Shown one piece after another: positions 39,863 to 53,489 of a stretch of 64,000 nucleotides of DNA (within the stretch, counting starts at the first letter, position 1; each line of letters starts with the position of its first letter). Source of the stretch: Eledone cirrhosa. Taxonomy: Eukaryota. The notes under the pieces are model-generated. The model saw only the letters and a program-made list of their open reading frames with translations. It ran no database searches and was not told where the DNA came from. Position numbers and translations under genes: made by a program. The stretch covers positions 370,450,001 to 370,514,000 of the forward strand of contig OZ024741.1 in the NCBI GenBank assembly GCA_964016885.1, written 5' to 3'.

Positions 39863-40261
39863 AAAAACGAATATTTTACGTCATTAATAGGAGCGGTGAA
39901 AAACAATTACGGGCAAAGACAGAACCACGTTTATGGTATAAAAGAAGACGTAGACTAATGTTCTCTAGGTGGTTCATAGAGACGTTCTCTGGCAATGAAC
40001 GGAAAAAACGAAGATAATACGTCATATGTGGAGCGTAGAGAACAATTGCACGCAAAGACAAAACCACGTAAATGGTATAGCTGAAGTCGTAGACTAAAAT
40101 TCTAACTAGGAAACCGAAAGAATCTCCGCTTCAGAGTTAAGAATAAAGTAAATAAATACAATATTGAGGTAATAGAAATTAAATAAATACATACACGCAT
40201 GCAAATACGTACATACACAATTGTGTGGACACGTCTACTGATTTCGGAGCATATTCTCTCA

Positions 40262-40312
<51 letters not shown>

Positions 40313-40317
<5 letters not shown>

Positions 40318-40505
40318 TGAAAAGATTCAGGACCACGACGGTCGAAACGGCCGGAGCTGAGCCGTCGGGGTCCTAAGTATGGAGTACTCTGGTGGCTTAT
40401 GGTCCACCTGGTTTTCTTACCCCACCTTATCTGATGTATATATATAGGAACGAGTAGGACCCCAACGGCTGAGCTCAAGCCGTTTCGACGGCTAATTCTG
40501 GACTA
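40313..40505. mobile_element. Family A pLTR fragments (variant copy +, fragment -)
   Basis: tgaaaag...gtc-gaaa-cggc(cggagctga)gccgtc-gggg at 40317-40370; reverse fragment at 40446-40503. Confidence 0.7.
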
Positions 40506-41370
40506 GAAACCATTATTGGTACATTGGCAGATGAATAATCACCTATATATATATATAATAAGGGTTGACGGACCCAGCATATTTATCAATGCCAGTAACG
40601 CTTGTATCTCAGCGCACTCAATGGGCAATGTAAGATACATTACCAGTTATTAACATAGTTATTTGCCTCAACACAACACACGTAAAACGGGTGCCTATAA
40701 GGTTCCCGGATTCGAGTTTCTGCCGCACTAATGCAGCAGTAAGGTGCACTGCACCATCTATCTGCATATATTATGCAACAATGCACAATCGGCTTATGCG
40801 GCTTCATCAGCTGGTATCGCCTAATCCATATATATATATATATAACAAAGGAAATGTGGTAAGGAACCAGGTGGACCATAACGCACCAAAGTACTCAATA
40901 CTTAGGGTAGAAACGGCTTGAGCTCAGCCGTCGGGGTCCTACTCGTTCCTATTACCCACTCTACTACCCTAAGTATTGAGTACTTTGGTGCGTTATGGTC
41001 CACCTGGTTCCTTACCACATTTCCTTTGTTATATATATATATATATATGGATTAGGCGATACCAGCTGATGAAGCCGCATAACCCGATTGTGCATTGTTG
41101 CATAATATATGCAGATAGATGGTGCAGTGCACCTTACTGCTGCATTAGTGCGGCAGAAACTCGAATCCGGGAACCTTATAGGCACCCGTTTTACGTGTGT
41201 TGTGTTGAGGCAAATAACTATGTTAATAACTGGTAATGTATCTTACATTGCCCATTGAGTGCGCTGAGATACAAGCGTTACTGGCATTGATAAATATGCT
41301 GGGTCCGTCAACCCTTATTATATATATATATAGGTGATTATTCATCTGCCAATGTACCAATAATGGTTTC
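40506..41370. mobile_element. About 400-bp-arm composite palindrome of pLTR pieces
   Basis: 40506-40910 mirrors 40964-41370, including two internal (TA)n tracts, a family A 3' end and a second HHR-bearing unit. Confidence 0.88.
41061..41172 (+). ncRNA. Hammerhead-like motif with expanded stem II (mirror copy at about 40705-40816, -)
   Basis: CTGATGA-a-gccgcat...gtgcggc-a-GAAA-ctcgaa-TC; stem I is imperfect (ccag/cggg). Confidence 0.6.
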
Positions 41371-41782
41371 TTATAGAGGACAAAGCCAGTAATTTGGGGG
41401 GAGGGGAAAGTCGATTAAATCCCAGTGCGTGACTGGTACTTTATTTTATCGACCCCAAAAGAATGAATGGCAAAGTTAACCTCGGCGGGATTTAAACTCA
41501 GACCATAAAGAGCCGTAACTCTATTCTGAAAAGCATGGCGTCCGACCCTCTACCGATACTGCCAATCCTCCGCCCTCACCAATGTACCAATAATGCAAAT
41601 CATAATTGTTTCTACTTTTGGCACAAGGCCAGCAATTATCTCAGTGTATTACTGGTACTTTATTTTATCGACCCCGTAAGGATGAAATGCAAAGTTAACC
41701 TCGGCAGCACTTGAACTCAGACCATAAAGGGCCGTAACTCTTTGCTGCAAAACATGGCGTGCGACCCTCCACCACCCTTGCA
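41366..41782 (-). mobile_element. Two tandem SINE family 1 copies (41366-41576, 41603-41782)
   Basis: Head, B-box, core and tail twice on the - strand. Confidence 0.85.
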
Positions 41783-41859
41783 AATCATAATGTAACTCTA
41801 CTTTACATAAACCCAACAATTATCAATACATATCCTCCTTACTCGAATGATATCAATAC

Positions 41860-42262
41860 TCTCATTATTATTAGCATTATTATTATTCCCATTGCTGAAG
41901 TTGTTGTTATTATTAGTATTATTATTATTACCATTGCTGAAGTTGTTGTTATTATTAGTATTATTATTATTACCATTGCTGAAGTTGTTGTTATTATTAG
42001 TATTATTATTATTACCATTGCTGATGTTGTTGTTATTATTAGTATTATTATTATTACCATTGCTGAAGTTGTTGTTATTATTAGTATTATTATTATTACC
42101 ATTGCTGAAGTTGTTGTTATTATTAGTATTATTATTATTACCATTGCTGATGTTGTTGTTATTATTAGTATTATTATTATTACCATTGCTGAAGTTGTTG
42201 TTATTATTAGTATTATTATTATTACCATTGCTGAAGTTGTTGTTATTATTAGTATTATTATT
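41860..42262. repeat. 42-bp minisatellite, about 9 copies
   Basis: ccattgctgaagttgttgttattattagtattattattatta. Confidence 0.95.
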
Positions 42263-42363
42263 TTATTGTTACTGGATGTGGATAGTATTATTATCGTGAT
42301 AAATAAATTAAGACAGATGAAATAAATAATTTTTTTAAATTATTATATATCTAAGATTAGTAA

Positions 42364-42455
<92 letters not shown>

Positions 42456-42640
42456 TATACATATATATATATATATAGGTAGACACACATATATCATATA
42501 TATATATATATATATACATACATACATATATATATATATACATACACATATATATACATACACATAGGTAGACATATATATATAGAGAGAGATTGAGAGA
42601 AAGAGAGAAAGAGAGAGAGAGAGAGAGAAGTGTTTTACGA

Positions 42641-42744
<104 letters not shown>

Positions 42745-43389
42745 ATGTATGAATGTATACCTATATATATGTAAACGAAATAGCAATCCATTTTCGTACT
42801 AAATACTAAATATCTCTTCCAGTCTATTTCTTTTCTTCTTTTTTCATTTCTCTTCCTCTTCTATCATTTTCACTGGCTACGTTTTTTTTATGGGTGGGGG
42901 TGGGAACTCTTTTTTTAAAAATCTTTTACACATTTTTCTCTTTTCTAATTTCTTTTTAATTTTTATGGCATCCATTAAATTTAATCATATATAGCTTATA
43001 TCAGCAAATTTCTTAAGTTTATATAATGACAATATTGGCGTAATATAGAACGGAGTGAGGGAAGGCGTGTTGGTATTTGAGAGAGGTATGGAGGAAGGGT
43101 GAGGGGATGAGAACACACTCAAAAGATAAAATCGAATTTTCCATTTATTAGAAAATTTTATAAGTATCATTACTGTTTTATTATTTTGTTGTTAGTTTTT
43201 AGTGGTTCTTTTTTTTTATAGATTTTATCCTATAACTTTCATTTTGTTGTTTTTTTCATCAGTTTTCTTCATCGCCCTTTAATATCTTGTCTATCTCTCT
43301 AATTTTCTCACTCTCATGCGAGAGTAAAAGGGTGAAAGATAGAGCGATTGAAAAAGAGAGGACAATATATTTATACACACGCACACACG

Positions 43390-43552
<163 letters not shown>

Positions 43553-43591
43553 CATCATACTTACATACACATATACATATCTCTCTCTCTC

Positions 43592-43663
<72 letters not shown>

Positions 43664-43975
43664 GGGAGGAGGGGAGGAGATACATGTGGGTGGAATTGAA
43701 ATGAAATATCTAGTAAAATAGACGAATCAATGATATTTGAGAAATGTTATCACTGAAGACTTATTATAGCCAATATCGTCTGCTTCTTAAAAATTGCTTC
43801 AATGATAATCGAGAAGGCAAATACAAAAGATTCGCGACAATTGAATTGAAGGTAAAATTTAAATGAAGAGAAAATCTAATTGAAGTGTAGATTCAGGTCA
43901 ATTTCCGCGAAGTTTAATCACGATAAATGCTCAAATATTCCTTCGCTAGTTTCCAATATACACACACACACACAC

Positions 43976-44035
<60 letters not shown>

Positions 44036-44043
<8 letters not shown>

Positions 44044-44366
44044 CTTGCGGTATTCGCGCGGGTTACATTCCTAGAACACCGGCGAAGAGTGAAAAACTGC
44101 GAATATTGGACGTGGTCCATAAAAATACATATAAACGTCAAAACAATATAAAATATAATTTTTAAAAAAGAGTCTTATGCGAATATTGTATATTTGTATT
44201 AAGAATTTAACCCTAAAAAAATACATATTGTCACAAAAAAAACATTAAAAACATCGTAGATGATATTTACGATTCCGCGAATATGCGGTGGTTTCCACGA
44301 ACAATTATTAGTTAGGTTCTAAAGAAGATTCCGCGAATAATCGTGAATGCCAGGGGTACAACGTAT
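44036..44366. mobile_element. Possible pogo/Tigger-type MITE
   Basis: Degenerate TIRs ttgttgtcttgcggtattcgcg / cgtgaatgccaggggtacaacg, internal cgcgaata repeats, TA flanks. Confidence 0.5.
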
Positions 44367-44399
44367 ATTTATATATATATATATTATATATATATTATA

Positions 44400-44476
<77 letters not shown>

Positions 44477-44685
44477 ACCATATAAGTGATACATTTTTGG
44501 TGTAACTTTTAATTTCTAATTTTTAATTTTTTTAATTTTTAAGAAATTTTATGACATTATGTGCATCATGTATTATGTCTTTTTCCATATAGCGCTAGCC
44601 TCGGGACCCCCCTGCTGGTCATTTAACCTTGTTCTGGTGACGCAGCTCGATGGAGCATGCAACTACTGATATTCTCATGTTTATA

Positions 44686-44732
44686 AGCTCTGAAGATTCC
44701 TGCCATAGTGTATGGATGAAACACTGTTAGCT
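44686..44732 (+). ncRNA. Minimal type I hammerhead
   Basis: agct-CTGAAGA-t-tcc..gga-t-GAAA-cactg-TT-agct, in a roughly 300-bp unit between (TA)n tracts. Confidence 0.7.
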
Positions 44733-44792
44733 AATAAAACTATGTATTTCTAAGCACTCTTTCGTTATTCCTATAACTATATATATATGTAT

Positions 44793-44917
<125 letters not shown>

Positions 44918-45070
44918 AAAAGGTAAACAGAAATAACAACACAATCGGTACAGTATATGGAAGGGATATATTAGGTTAACGCTTGATATAGCAGGAAGAG
45001 GGTCTTAACGTTTCGCACTAAGCTTAAAAATGGAATGAGAATAAGAAGAAACCAAGAACGTGAAGGGGAG

Positions 45071-45173
45071 TTTCCCTCATCAGTTGTCTACTGGCGGTCT
45101 TGGATATTTCAACGCTTTAAAGACAATATATCTTCCCCCAAGGCGTTCAATAACTGGGTAAGTTATTGGGAAA
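45071..45173 (-). ncRNA. Candidate non-circularly permuted hammerhead, copy Z
   Basis: tttcc-caataact(taccc)agttattg-aacgc-c-ttggggg-aa-gatat-A-ttgtct-ttaaa-gcgtt-GAA-atatc-caaga-ccgccag-t-agacaa-CTGATGA-g-ggaaa. Confidence 0.75.
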
Positions 45174-45997
45174 ACGGAGGAGGGGAGGGAAGGAAAATAG
45201 AAGGGAAAAGGGAAAACGGGAAGAAAAGAGAAAAACAGCGGAATAAACAACAAACCGAAGAATGTGCGAGCAACTTAAGGTAAGAAAATCCAAGTCCAAA
45301 TTTTATATCATATATTCGTTATAAACCGTCAGGTATTTATAAAACCTGTTTTTTCCTTATATCGCTCCACCGTTATTTCTGATTTCTCTTTCCGTTGTAT
45401 CGACTGATTTCTCGCATGTTCTTCAATACATTTAGCAAAGTATGTACACCAATTGGTTTTGTCACTTGATTTTATGAGAAAATAATTCATTTAAAATTTT
45501 GTTTATTGACATCAAAATTGCGACATCCTTGTCCGATAAAATATCCAGTTGTTGTTTTTTTTTAATATTTTTTCAGGCCGTTGGGTTCTGGTACTCAAAA
45601 TACTAGACACTTATATTTCCAACCCCTCACATATTTACATACTCCCTTCCCTTGTTAGATTGGGTGCGTCATTACACAAACACATGCAGGTATAGCTCTA
45701 TTTATTTTACTAATCATTTTCATCATTATTCCATATGCGTTAACGAAAGCTTCAGATGTAAAGTAATATATATATATATAAATATCTTTAAGTCGTTTGG
45801 AAGCCTCGACAATGCAAATGGGTAAATCTCCGGGTAACAAGATCCGGTGGTGGAGAGAGAGATGTAAGTGGGTGTACGTTGAGATGCGTGGTGTGTATAA
45901 GATGTGTAAGATGTGTAGAAGAATGAAGGGAAGAGTATAAAGGATAAAATAAAAATAACAACACAAGAGAGAGTTACCTTGGGAGAGATTTAATAGT

Positions 45998-46033
45998 CCC
46001 TATATATTTCGGATTCACATCCATCAACTGGGG
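45998..46033 (-). ncRNA. Degenerate minimal hammerhead downstream of a PLE ORF
   Basis: ccc-cagttga-t-ggat(gtga)atcc-GAAA-tata-TA-ggg; two core mismatches. Confidence 0.5.
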
Positions 46034-46441
46034 TTTTTTCCGGGGTGGGGGAATGCTTGTCTGTCGGACAGGTGCGAAGCGCGTCCTCCATGTTTGTTGT
46101 TTTGAATATGTGAGGTATTCGGCAGAGCGCGCGTGCGCGTGAAATGGGGTCGGTCGGGCAGAGGTCAGCGGCCGAATGAGGGAGTGGGGTGGCGCTAGCT
46201 GTCAGTCCATTCTCTGCCTGTTTGTTAAATGTTACTGTGTGTGTGTGTGCGTGTGTTGTTGTCTCGCTTGAGTGTGTGTGTGTGCGTGTGTTGTTGCCTT
46301 GTTCCTCTGTATTGGCAGTGTAGTATGTTCGTATGGTGGAATGCTACTGTGTGTATGTGCGTGTGTGTGTGTAGTTGTCTCGTTTGTGTGTGTGTGTGTG
46401 TGTGTGTGCGTGTGTTGTGTGTTGCTGCATCGTTTGTTAAC

Positions 46442-47014
46442 TTAAACCAGCCATCTCATTTCGCTTCTCTCTGATCGGTTGTTTATTTGCGGTTGCAGTC
46501 GTTTGATAAAAAGCGCTTCCTTGATACGTAACGTGCCGACGTTTCTTTCAGTCGCTAGAATTGTGACAATGGGCCTTCCGTCTTTGTTTCCGCATTTTTC
46601 TATGTGTTTCCGGAAAGACGAGGCCCTGGTTTTAGTTGGTTCCTTTATCCGGATGTGCAAAGTTCGGATTGTGCTACCTATGTAGTATTGGTTGCACCTG
46701 TCACATTCTATCTTATACACGACGTATGTGCGTAGGCAACAGTTCGTATGGCGTATCGGGCAGTCTCTGAGGGAGCATGCGTCAGTAGATTTCCCGGGTT
46801 TCCTGGAGAGGCATCTTCGCAGGGAGGGGCCCGAGTGGGCCAGGTGGATGTCGAGGCCCTCCCTCCGTATAGCCTTGCGGATAGCGTTGGTGGTATTCTC
46901 GCCCAGGTGTGACATTTTAAGGAAGCACTTGACTTGGGTGCCTCTCTGTCTCTTGTGTCTGGTGTCTCCTATTCTGTCTGTGATCGAGGTAGGGTACCCG
47001 TTCGTCTCCAGCAC
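46442..47014 (-). CDS. PLE C-terminal fragment with GIY-YIG endonuclease (different PLE lineage)
   Basis: LETNGYP, CSLRDCPI..C, VVYKIECDRCNQYYIGSTIRTLHIRIKE, LRIKEALFIKRLQPQIN. Confidence 0.9.
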   Translation of the reverse strand: MLETNGYPTSITDRIGDTRHKRQRGTQVKCFLKMSHLGENTTNAIRKAIRREGLDIHLAHSGPSLRRCLSRKPGKSTDACSLRDCPIRHTNCCLRTYVVYKIECDRCNQYYIGSTIRTLHIRIKEPTKTRASSFRKHIEKCGNKDGRPIVTILATERNVGTLRIKEALFIKRLQPQINNRSERSEMRWLV

Positions 47015-47232
47015 CTCGAGGAATCGCTTGGTATGAGTGACACCACTCGCGGGATCGCTGCATCTGTTGGTATGAGTGACACCACTCGCAGGATCGCTGC
47101 ATCCGAGTGGCTTGCTATACCATGCTGGCCGGAAGTGGTTTTATTATTCATTTGTTTTGTTTTTTGTTTTTTTTCTAACCTCTTTTGTGTTAAAATTAAG
47201 GTCTGGACAGGGGGAATATATATATATATATA

Positions 47233-47304
<72 letters not shown>

Positions 47305-47487
47305 TGTATGTATGTATATAAATATATATAATATCACTGTATATATATCAATAACTTCTAGTAATTCGTCTATTCCATTGACGTAATATTATGTGTAGAT
47401 TAATGATGGAGTCAGGTCTATAACACAAATATGAACCATGAGCCAATAATCTGTGAAACATACGTAACTGGTTGATAATGAATAAAA

Positions 47488-47675
47488 ATAATTGTTTTTA
47501 TATTTGGCACAAGGCCAGAAATTACCAAGTGTATTACTGGTACTTTATTTTATCGACCCCGTAAGGATGAAAGGCAAAGTTAACCTCAGCGGGATTTGAA
47601 CTGAGACCATAAAGGGTCGTAACTATTTGCTGCAAAGCATGGCGTCTGACCCTCTACTGATACTGCTAATCCCCC
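47488..47675 (-). mobile_element. SINE family 1 copy
   Basis: B-box, core and tail on the - strand. Confidence 0.82.
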
Positions 47676-47749
47676 CAGCTTTGAGAGATTATATTGGGAC
47701 TGCCTCCAGTAAACTACAAAGTTACTGAAATTACTGAAGAAACCAATGT

Positions 47750-48188
47750 TTTATATTATATTACATTATATTATATTATATTATAGTATACTATATTATA
47801 TTATATCATATTATATTGTTATTTTATATTATATTATATTATATTATATTATATTATATTATATTATATTATATTATATTATATTATAGTATACTATATT
47901 ATATTATATCATATTATATTGTTATTTTATATTATATTATATTATATTATATTATATTATATTATAGTATACTATATTATATTATATCATATTATATTGT
48001 TATTTTATATTATATTATATTATATTATATTATATTATATTATATTATATTATATTATATTATATTATATTATATTATATTATATTATATTATATTATAG
48101 TATACTATATTATATTATATCATATTATATTGTTATTTTATATTATATTATATTATATTATATTATATTATATCATATTGTATTATAT
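47750..48188. repeat. (TATTA)n pentanucleotide array
   Basis: Direct inspection. Confidence 0.95.
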
Positions 48189-48356
48189 AAAACACATGAC
48201 AAACTAACATATACCTTCATAGGTACTTGGAGTTTCCCGAAACAAGCTGATGCTTCGTTCGTCAGCCATTGAAAAATGTGTCATCGGTGGTGATACTGCA
48301 GTGAATTCCTTATGTTCAGCTCTCTATTTAATTATTACAGCCGCACATCCAGGCAA

Positions 48357-48435
<79 letters not shown>

Positions 48436-48805
48436 AGCTGACGGCCGTATTTATGTAACAAACCTTTCGTGAAACGGCTGGACGAAAAAGCACCAAATTT
48501 GCACCATAGATGTAACTTTTTCCAAGTAACAAAGTGAGGGTATTTTTGTCTTCTAAATTTCGTTAAAAGATTTAAGATATTTTATCGTTTATTTAAATTT
48601 TCACTTCTTTAAAATGTTCATATGTCAACACTTCCGGTTATAAGACATTCCTTTCTCTTTCTTAGTCTGTCTTTTTAGATAGATACATAGCTATAACGTC
48701 GCACGCTTATAATATCTGTCTGTCTAGCTGCTTGTCTGCATTGACTTCGTTTCTAACCAACTTTTAATTAATTCAGTGCAAAAATACCGCACGCCCTGTC
48801 ATTAA

Positions 48806-48895
<90 letters not shown>

Positions 48896-48989
48896 GTGGA
48901 ACACTGGAAGGTAATATCCGTAGTGGTAGAGCACTCAGTCCAAGGGACGAGTTAGGTAGAAGTGGTTACACAACAGTTAGTTCACCATA

Positions 48990-49029
48990 CCGAGAACAAT
49001 TGTTTCACCTTGGCGGATCTTCAGCTCGG
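48990..49029 (-). ncRNA. Minimal type I hammerhead (mirror copy 49655-49694, +)
   Basis: ccgag-CTGAAGA-t-cc(gccaa)gg-t-GAAA-caattg-TT-ctcgg. Confidence 0.85.
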
Positions 49030-49196
49030 AATGGGCATGGTTATAGGAACAGGAAGGACAACCGTACGAACGCGCATGCGCAGAAACCCGGTCACTTCAC
49101 ACAGGCAATACTAGACTGCGTGCGAGAAGATAACTGCGAAAGTCCGAAAAGTTTTTAGGTTGAAAATAAAATTACAAAGAATCAGTCCGGAGCCTT

Positions 49197-49486
49197 TTAG
49201 TTATGCAATAGGTGTTTGGCGACGTGTAGACAACGTGTGAAAAATTCACTTCTCGTGTTTAGGCAATCACTATTGCATAATCTCTTTAGAATAGTTATTC
49301 GTTCGTCAATACATAAGCCACACGTCGGATTTCCCCTTGCGTATGGCTTGGACCTAGTGATGGCTTTCCATTGAATGGAGTAGTCTATACGTGAGCCGTT
49401 GAGGGACCATACGTGGCTCGCGAGTCTCGTGGATGAACGTCTGACCGGGTATCTGAAGGTAGACTGGTGGTTCAGGAAATGTTCCA
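49197..49486 (-). pseudogene. PLE GIY-YIG C-terminal fragment in the inverted arm
   Basis: NHQSTF..STRLASHVWSL..IQW..CGLCIDE..LNTRSEFFTRCLH. Confidence 0.88.
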
Positions 49487-49947
49487 GACTGATTCTTTGT
49501 AATTTTATTTTCAACCTAAAAACTTTTCGGACTTTCGCAGTTATCTCCCTTACACCTCTCGCACGCAGTCTAGTATTGCCTGTGTGAAGTGACCGGGTTT
49601 CTGCGCATGCGCGTTCGTACGGTTGTCCTTTCTGTTCCTATAACCATGCCCATTCCAAGCTGAAGATCCGCTAAGGTGAAACAATTGTTCTCGGTATGAT
49701 GAACTAACTGTTGTGTAACCACTTCTACCTAACTCGTCCCTTGGACTGAGTGCTCTACCACTACGGATATTACCTTCCAGTGTTCCACCACTATTTACGT
49801 CTCCAGCACCGGTCAGCAGATTCTATTCACTACGTAGAAGTTTGGCTTTTAGCAGATTCTTCACCGCGTGCGAGTTTGGCTTACTACCCTGAGAGCGCTC
49901 TATATATCCTCGTGTCCTACACAATTTTGCGTCTCATCAACGTCAGT

Positions 49948-51460
49948 ATGGATTTATACGAACTGGATTACTCCCTGAAGAACATTCCATCCCCCTCCAA
50001 CCATGTTTACCAAAAGCTCCTCCTACAAAAAGCGGAAGATGTCGTCAGACGCTTAAGATGGCGAGCCCTACCTTTCGACGGCAAAATTACAGGCACCAAC
50101 AACACCTTCAACCTGAAATCGAGAGCCTACCCTCCTAAGGTAACTGAACTTGCTCCTTTCGAGACGGACCTTCTTGACTTAGTCGCTAACATTTCCTTTC
50201 GCAAACACACTAACATCTTTCAAACGAAACTCAGAAACGATATTAAGACATTTAGGTCTTCTAATAACACCTCCGTCCTTTCCGACAAACTAATAATATT
50301 TACGAAGTCAACAACACCACTTTCCGCCACCTGGCCCATTACGCTATTACTTCTAAATATAAGAAAGCTAACCCTATGGCCTACCACGACATTAATACAG
50401 AAGCCAAGGAACTTGCCACCGACCTTCAGGTAGATAAGAAGCTACAATCTCTAGCTAAGCGAGAGGCGTTCCTCACCCTGAAAGATCACAAGGTAGACTT
50501 TACTTCTAACCCCACATGTAGACTAATAAACCCGGCACGCACAGCTATGGGACTAGTCAGCAAGGCCATACTTAGAAACATAGTTAAGACCATTAGGATC
50601 AAGTCCAACCTGCGCCAGTGGGAGAACAGCGACTCCGTAATTAAGTGGTTTAACTCCTTAAAATACAAAAAAGCGAAGTTCACACAGTTTGACATTGTCG
50701 ATTTTTACCCGTCGATCTCAGAGACCCTGTTAAACAAAGCGTTTGACTTCGCTACCACTTATACCACCGTCGATGGTTTAGACAGGGAAATCATCGCTGA
50801 CTGCCATAAAACCCTCCTCTTCAACGACGGAGTAGCCTTGGCAAAGAAGTCTACATCTTCAGACCTGTTCGACGTCTCCATGGGATCGTTTGACAGTGCT
50901 GACGTATGTGACTTGCTTGGCCTTTTTATCATAGACATATTACATGTTAGATTCCCGGACTTCCACACGGGAATATACTGTGACGATGGACTGACTTTAT
51001 CGAGCCATAAAAGTGTCACGACCTCGACCGGTTTAAAAAAGACTTAGCTTCTACCTTCAATGAGTTAGGTCTTAGGATAACAGTAGCCACCAACCTCTCT
51101 AGCGTAGATTTCTTAGACATTAATTTAGACCTTCGCACACACACCCAAAGACCCTTCCATAAGCTAAACGAGAAACTTAATTACATTCACAAGGACTCAT
51201 GCCACCCTCCCACTGTTTTTAGAAACTTCGTTAAGAATATCAGTACTAGAATCACAAACCTCTCCTCTAATAAGGCTATCTTTAACAGGGCGGCACCCTA
51301 CTATAACACGGCGTTGGCTAACAGCGGCTTCTCACAACCTATCACTTACTTTCCCACTAGCAACAACACCATTAAGAAAAGTAAGCGCAACAATAGACAA
51401 ACTATCTGGTTCTCTCCTCCCTTCTCACTCAACGTTAAAACCAATTTAGGAAAAAAATGA
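49948..51460 (+). pseudogene. PLE reverse transcriptase ORF with two frameshifts
   Basis: YSLKNIP, LKDHK..CRLINP, FDIVDFYPSI, MGSFDSA, IYCDDGL, VDFLDINLDL, SCHPP, WFSPPFS; frameshifts at about 50290 and 51005. Confidence 0.92.
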
Positions 51461-51689
51461 TATATATAGTAGGTAGGTGTGCAATGATAGTTACAAGTGG
51501 TACGCTAGTCAGAGCAGTCAATGTAGTTCCATAGTCCGTCATACTTCCGTGTAGCTAAGGGTTATGGGCAGCTGTGACGTGCACGGTGTAAATAAAATTG
51601 ACCAAGAACAAAGTCTCAAGGTGGTATCATATTCAAACTTTATTCACCTATGACAATACATTCCATATCGATCACCGCAAGGTGCGATC

Positions 51690-51812
51690 ATTATTGTTTC
51701 AACTCTTTGGCACAAGGCCAGCAATTATCCTAGTGCATTACTGGTACTTTATTTTATCGACCCCGAAACGATGAAAGGCAAAGTTAACCTCGGCAGGATT
51801 TGAACTCAGACC
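51690..51812 (-). mobile_element. SINE family 1 fragment
   Basis: B-box, core and tail. Confidence 0.8.
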
Positions 51813-51984
51813 GCAATCATAATGACTGGGGCCCGACTCTTATTTGACTGCTCATGAGATGAGCTCTCGATACTGAGTCGGGACCCGGTCGTGATGACCG
51901 TTATTGGTGATACGTAAACGTGAATCGTATTTATAGTAATATATGCACATGATAATATAGAAGGACAGATGAAAAAAAAGGTTG

Positions 51985-52017
<33 letters not shown>

Positions 52018-52519
52018 GAGGGGGGTATATATATATATACACACATTCATATTCATGTGTGTATTGAACACATATTTGTTTACATATGTATGTTTATTTA
52101 TGTTCACAAACAAATAAAGATGGGAACATAGCTGTAAGAAAATATTCCATTTCCATTTCTAATTTTGATTTAATAAAATACCAAATGGTTTTCATTGATT
52201 TTTATTGGAGAAAAACCTGTTATTTCGTTAGATTTTCATATACCCTAAAGAAAAAAGTTATAGAAAATGCACACACGCACGCACACACACACACACACAC
52301 GCACGCACATATATATACATATATATATATATATATTTATATATAACGAGAGAGCGAGAGAGGGGGTGAGATGTGTGGGTTAAAGAAAATATTTTGTTAA
52401 AACGAGAAATCAAATAACATTCCGAAATGACTTTTAAATCTTGGCGTCAATTTAGCTTGAAAGTATGAAAATATATTTGACATTATATAAGTTTCCAACA
52501 AACCTCTAACTACATGACA

Positions 52520-52573
<54 letters not shown>

Positions 52574-52715
52574 TGTCTGTATACATTCATATATATTTAT
52601 ATATGTAAATGTATGTATATATGTATGTACATGCATATATGTATATATATATATTATATATATTTATATAAGTAGATTTGTAGATATATATACACACACT
52701 GTACACACACATAGT

Positions 52716-52807
<92 letters not shown>

Positions 52808-52809
<2 letters not shown>

Positions 52810-52999
52810 ACGAAGGAATTGTGGTAAGGAACCAGATGGACCATAACGCACCAAAGTACTCAATACTTAGGGTAGTAGAGTGGGTAATAGGAACAAGTAT
52901 GACCCCGACGGCAGAGCTCAAGCCGCTCCGACGGCTATTTCTGAGTCCAGAAATAGCCGTCGAAACGGTTTGATCTCTGTCGTCGAGGTCATACTTGTT

Positions 53000-53053
<54 letters not shown>

Positions 53054-53075
53054 AACAAGTATGACGTCGACGACA
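52808..53075. mobile_element. Family A pLTR 3' ends in divergent inverted arrangement
   Basis: 52808-52943 matches 4937-5070; inverted at 52944-53002; a further inverted stub at 53051-53075. Confidence 0.82.
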
Positions 53076-53085
53076 CACACAAATA

Positions 53086-53118
<33 letters not shown>

Positions 53119-53392
53119 CCACACACACATGTATATATGAGTATAATTATTCGAAAGCTTTCACTATATGATCTCCCACGATGCATCTGTCCGCTACTTC
53201 CTAATATAATATATAACCCATTATTTGTTCGCCGTCTGTATCATTCCGATAATGATATTAAGTATACTGAAAATTGTTATATCACATACACATAAATATA
53301 CATACACAGGCTCGTCTATACACTCATGCAAACATGCGCACACACATCCCCATATATATTCACACACTCGTATACAAATACACACATACGCA

Positions 53393-53477
<85 letters not shown>

Positions 53478-53489
53478 GTGTGTGTATAT

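Larger units (their letters stand above)
48891..51460 (+). mobile_element. Penelope-like (Naiad-like) element: inverted EN+pLTR, pLTR, 3'-truncated ORF
   Basis: Inverted arms 48891-49187 / 49487-49793; GIY-YIG tail on the - strand between them; TA at both ends. Confidence 0.92.

Noticed and set aside
41860-42262. Regular 42-bp repeats as a CRISPR array
   Set aside because: Head-to-tail units with no unique spacers, eukaryotic context and no cas genes.
43748-43783. ctgaaga...gtc hammerhead-like remnant (also about 2074 and 8150-8190)
   Set aside because: GAAA or core nucleotides are missing and the stems are too weak.
51466-51656. Possible short solo LTR (weak terminal IR, AATAAA); similar case at about 1742-1898
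   Set aside because: The TG start or TSD is not demonstrable and each is a single copy in the window.
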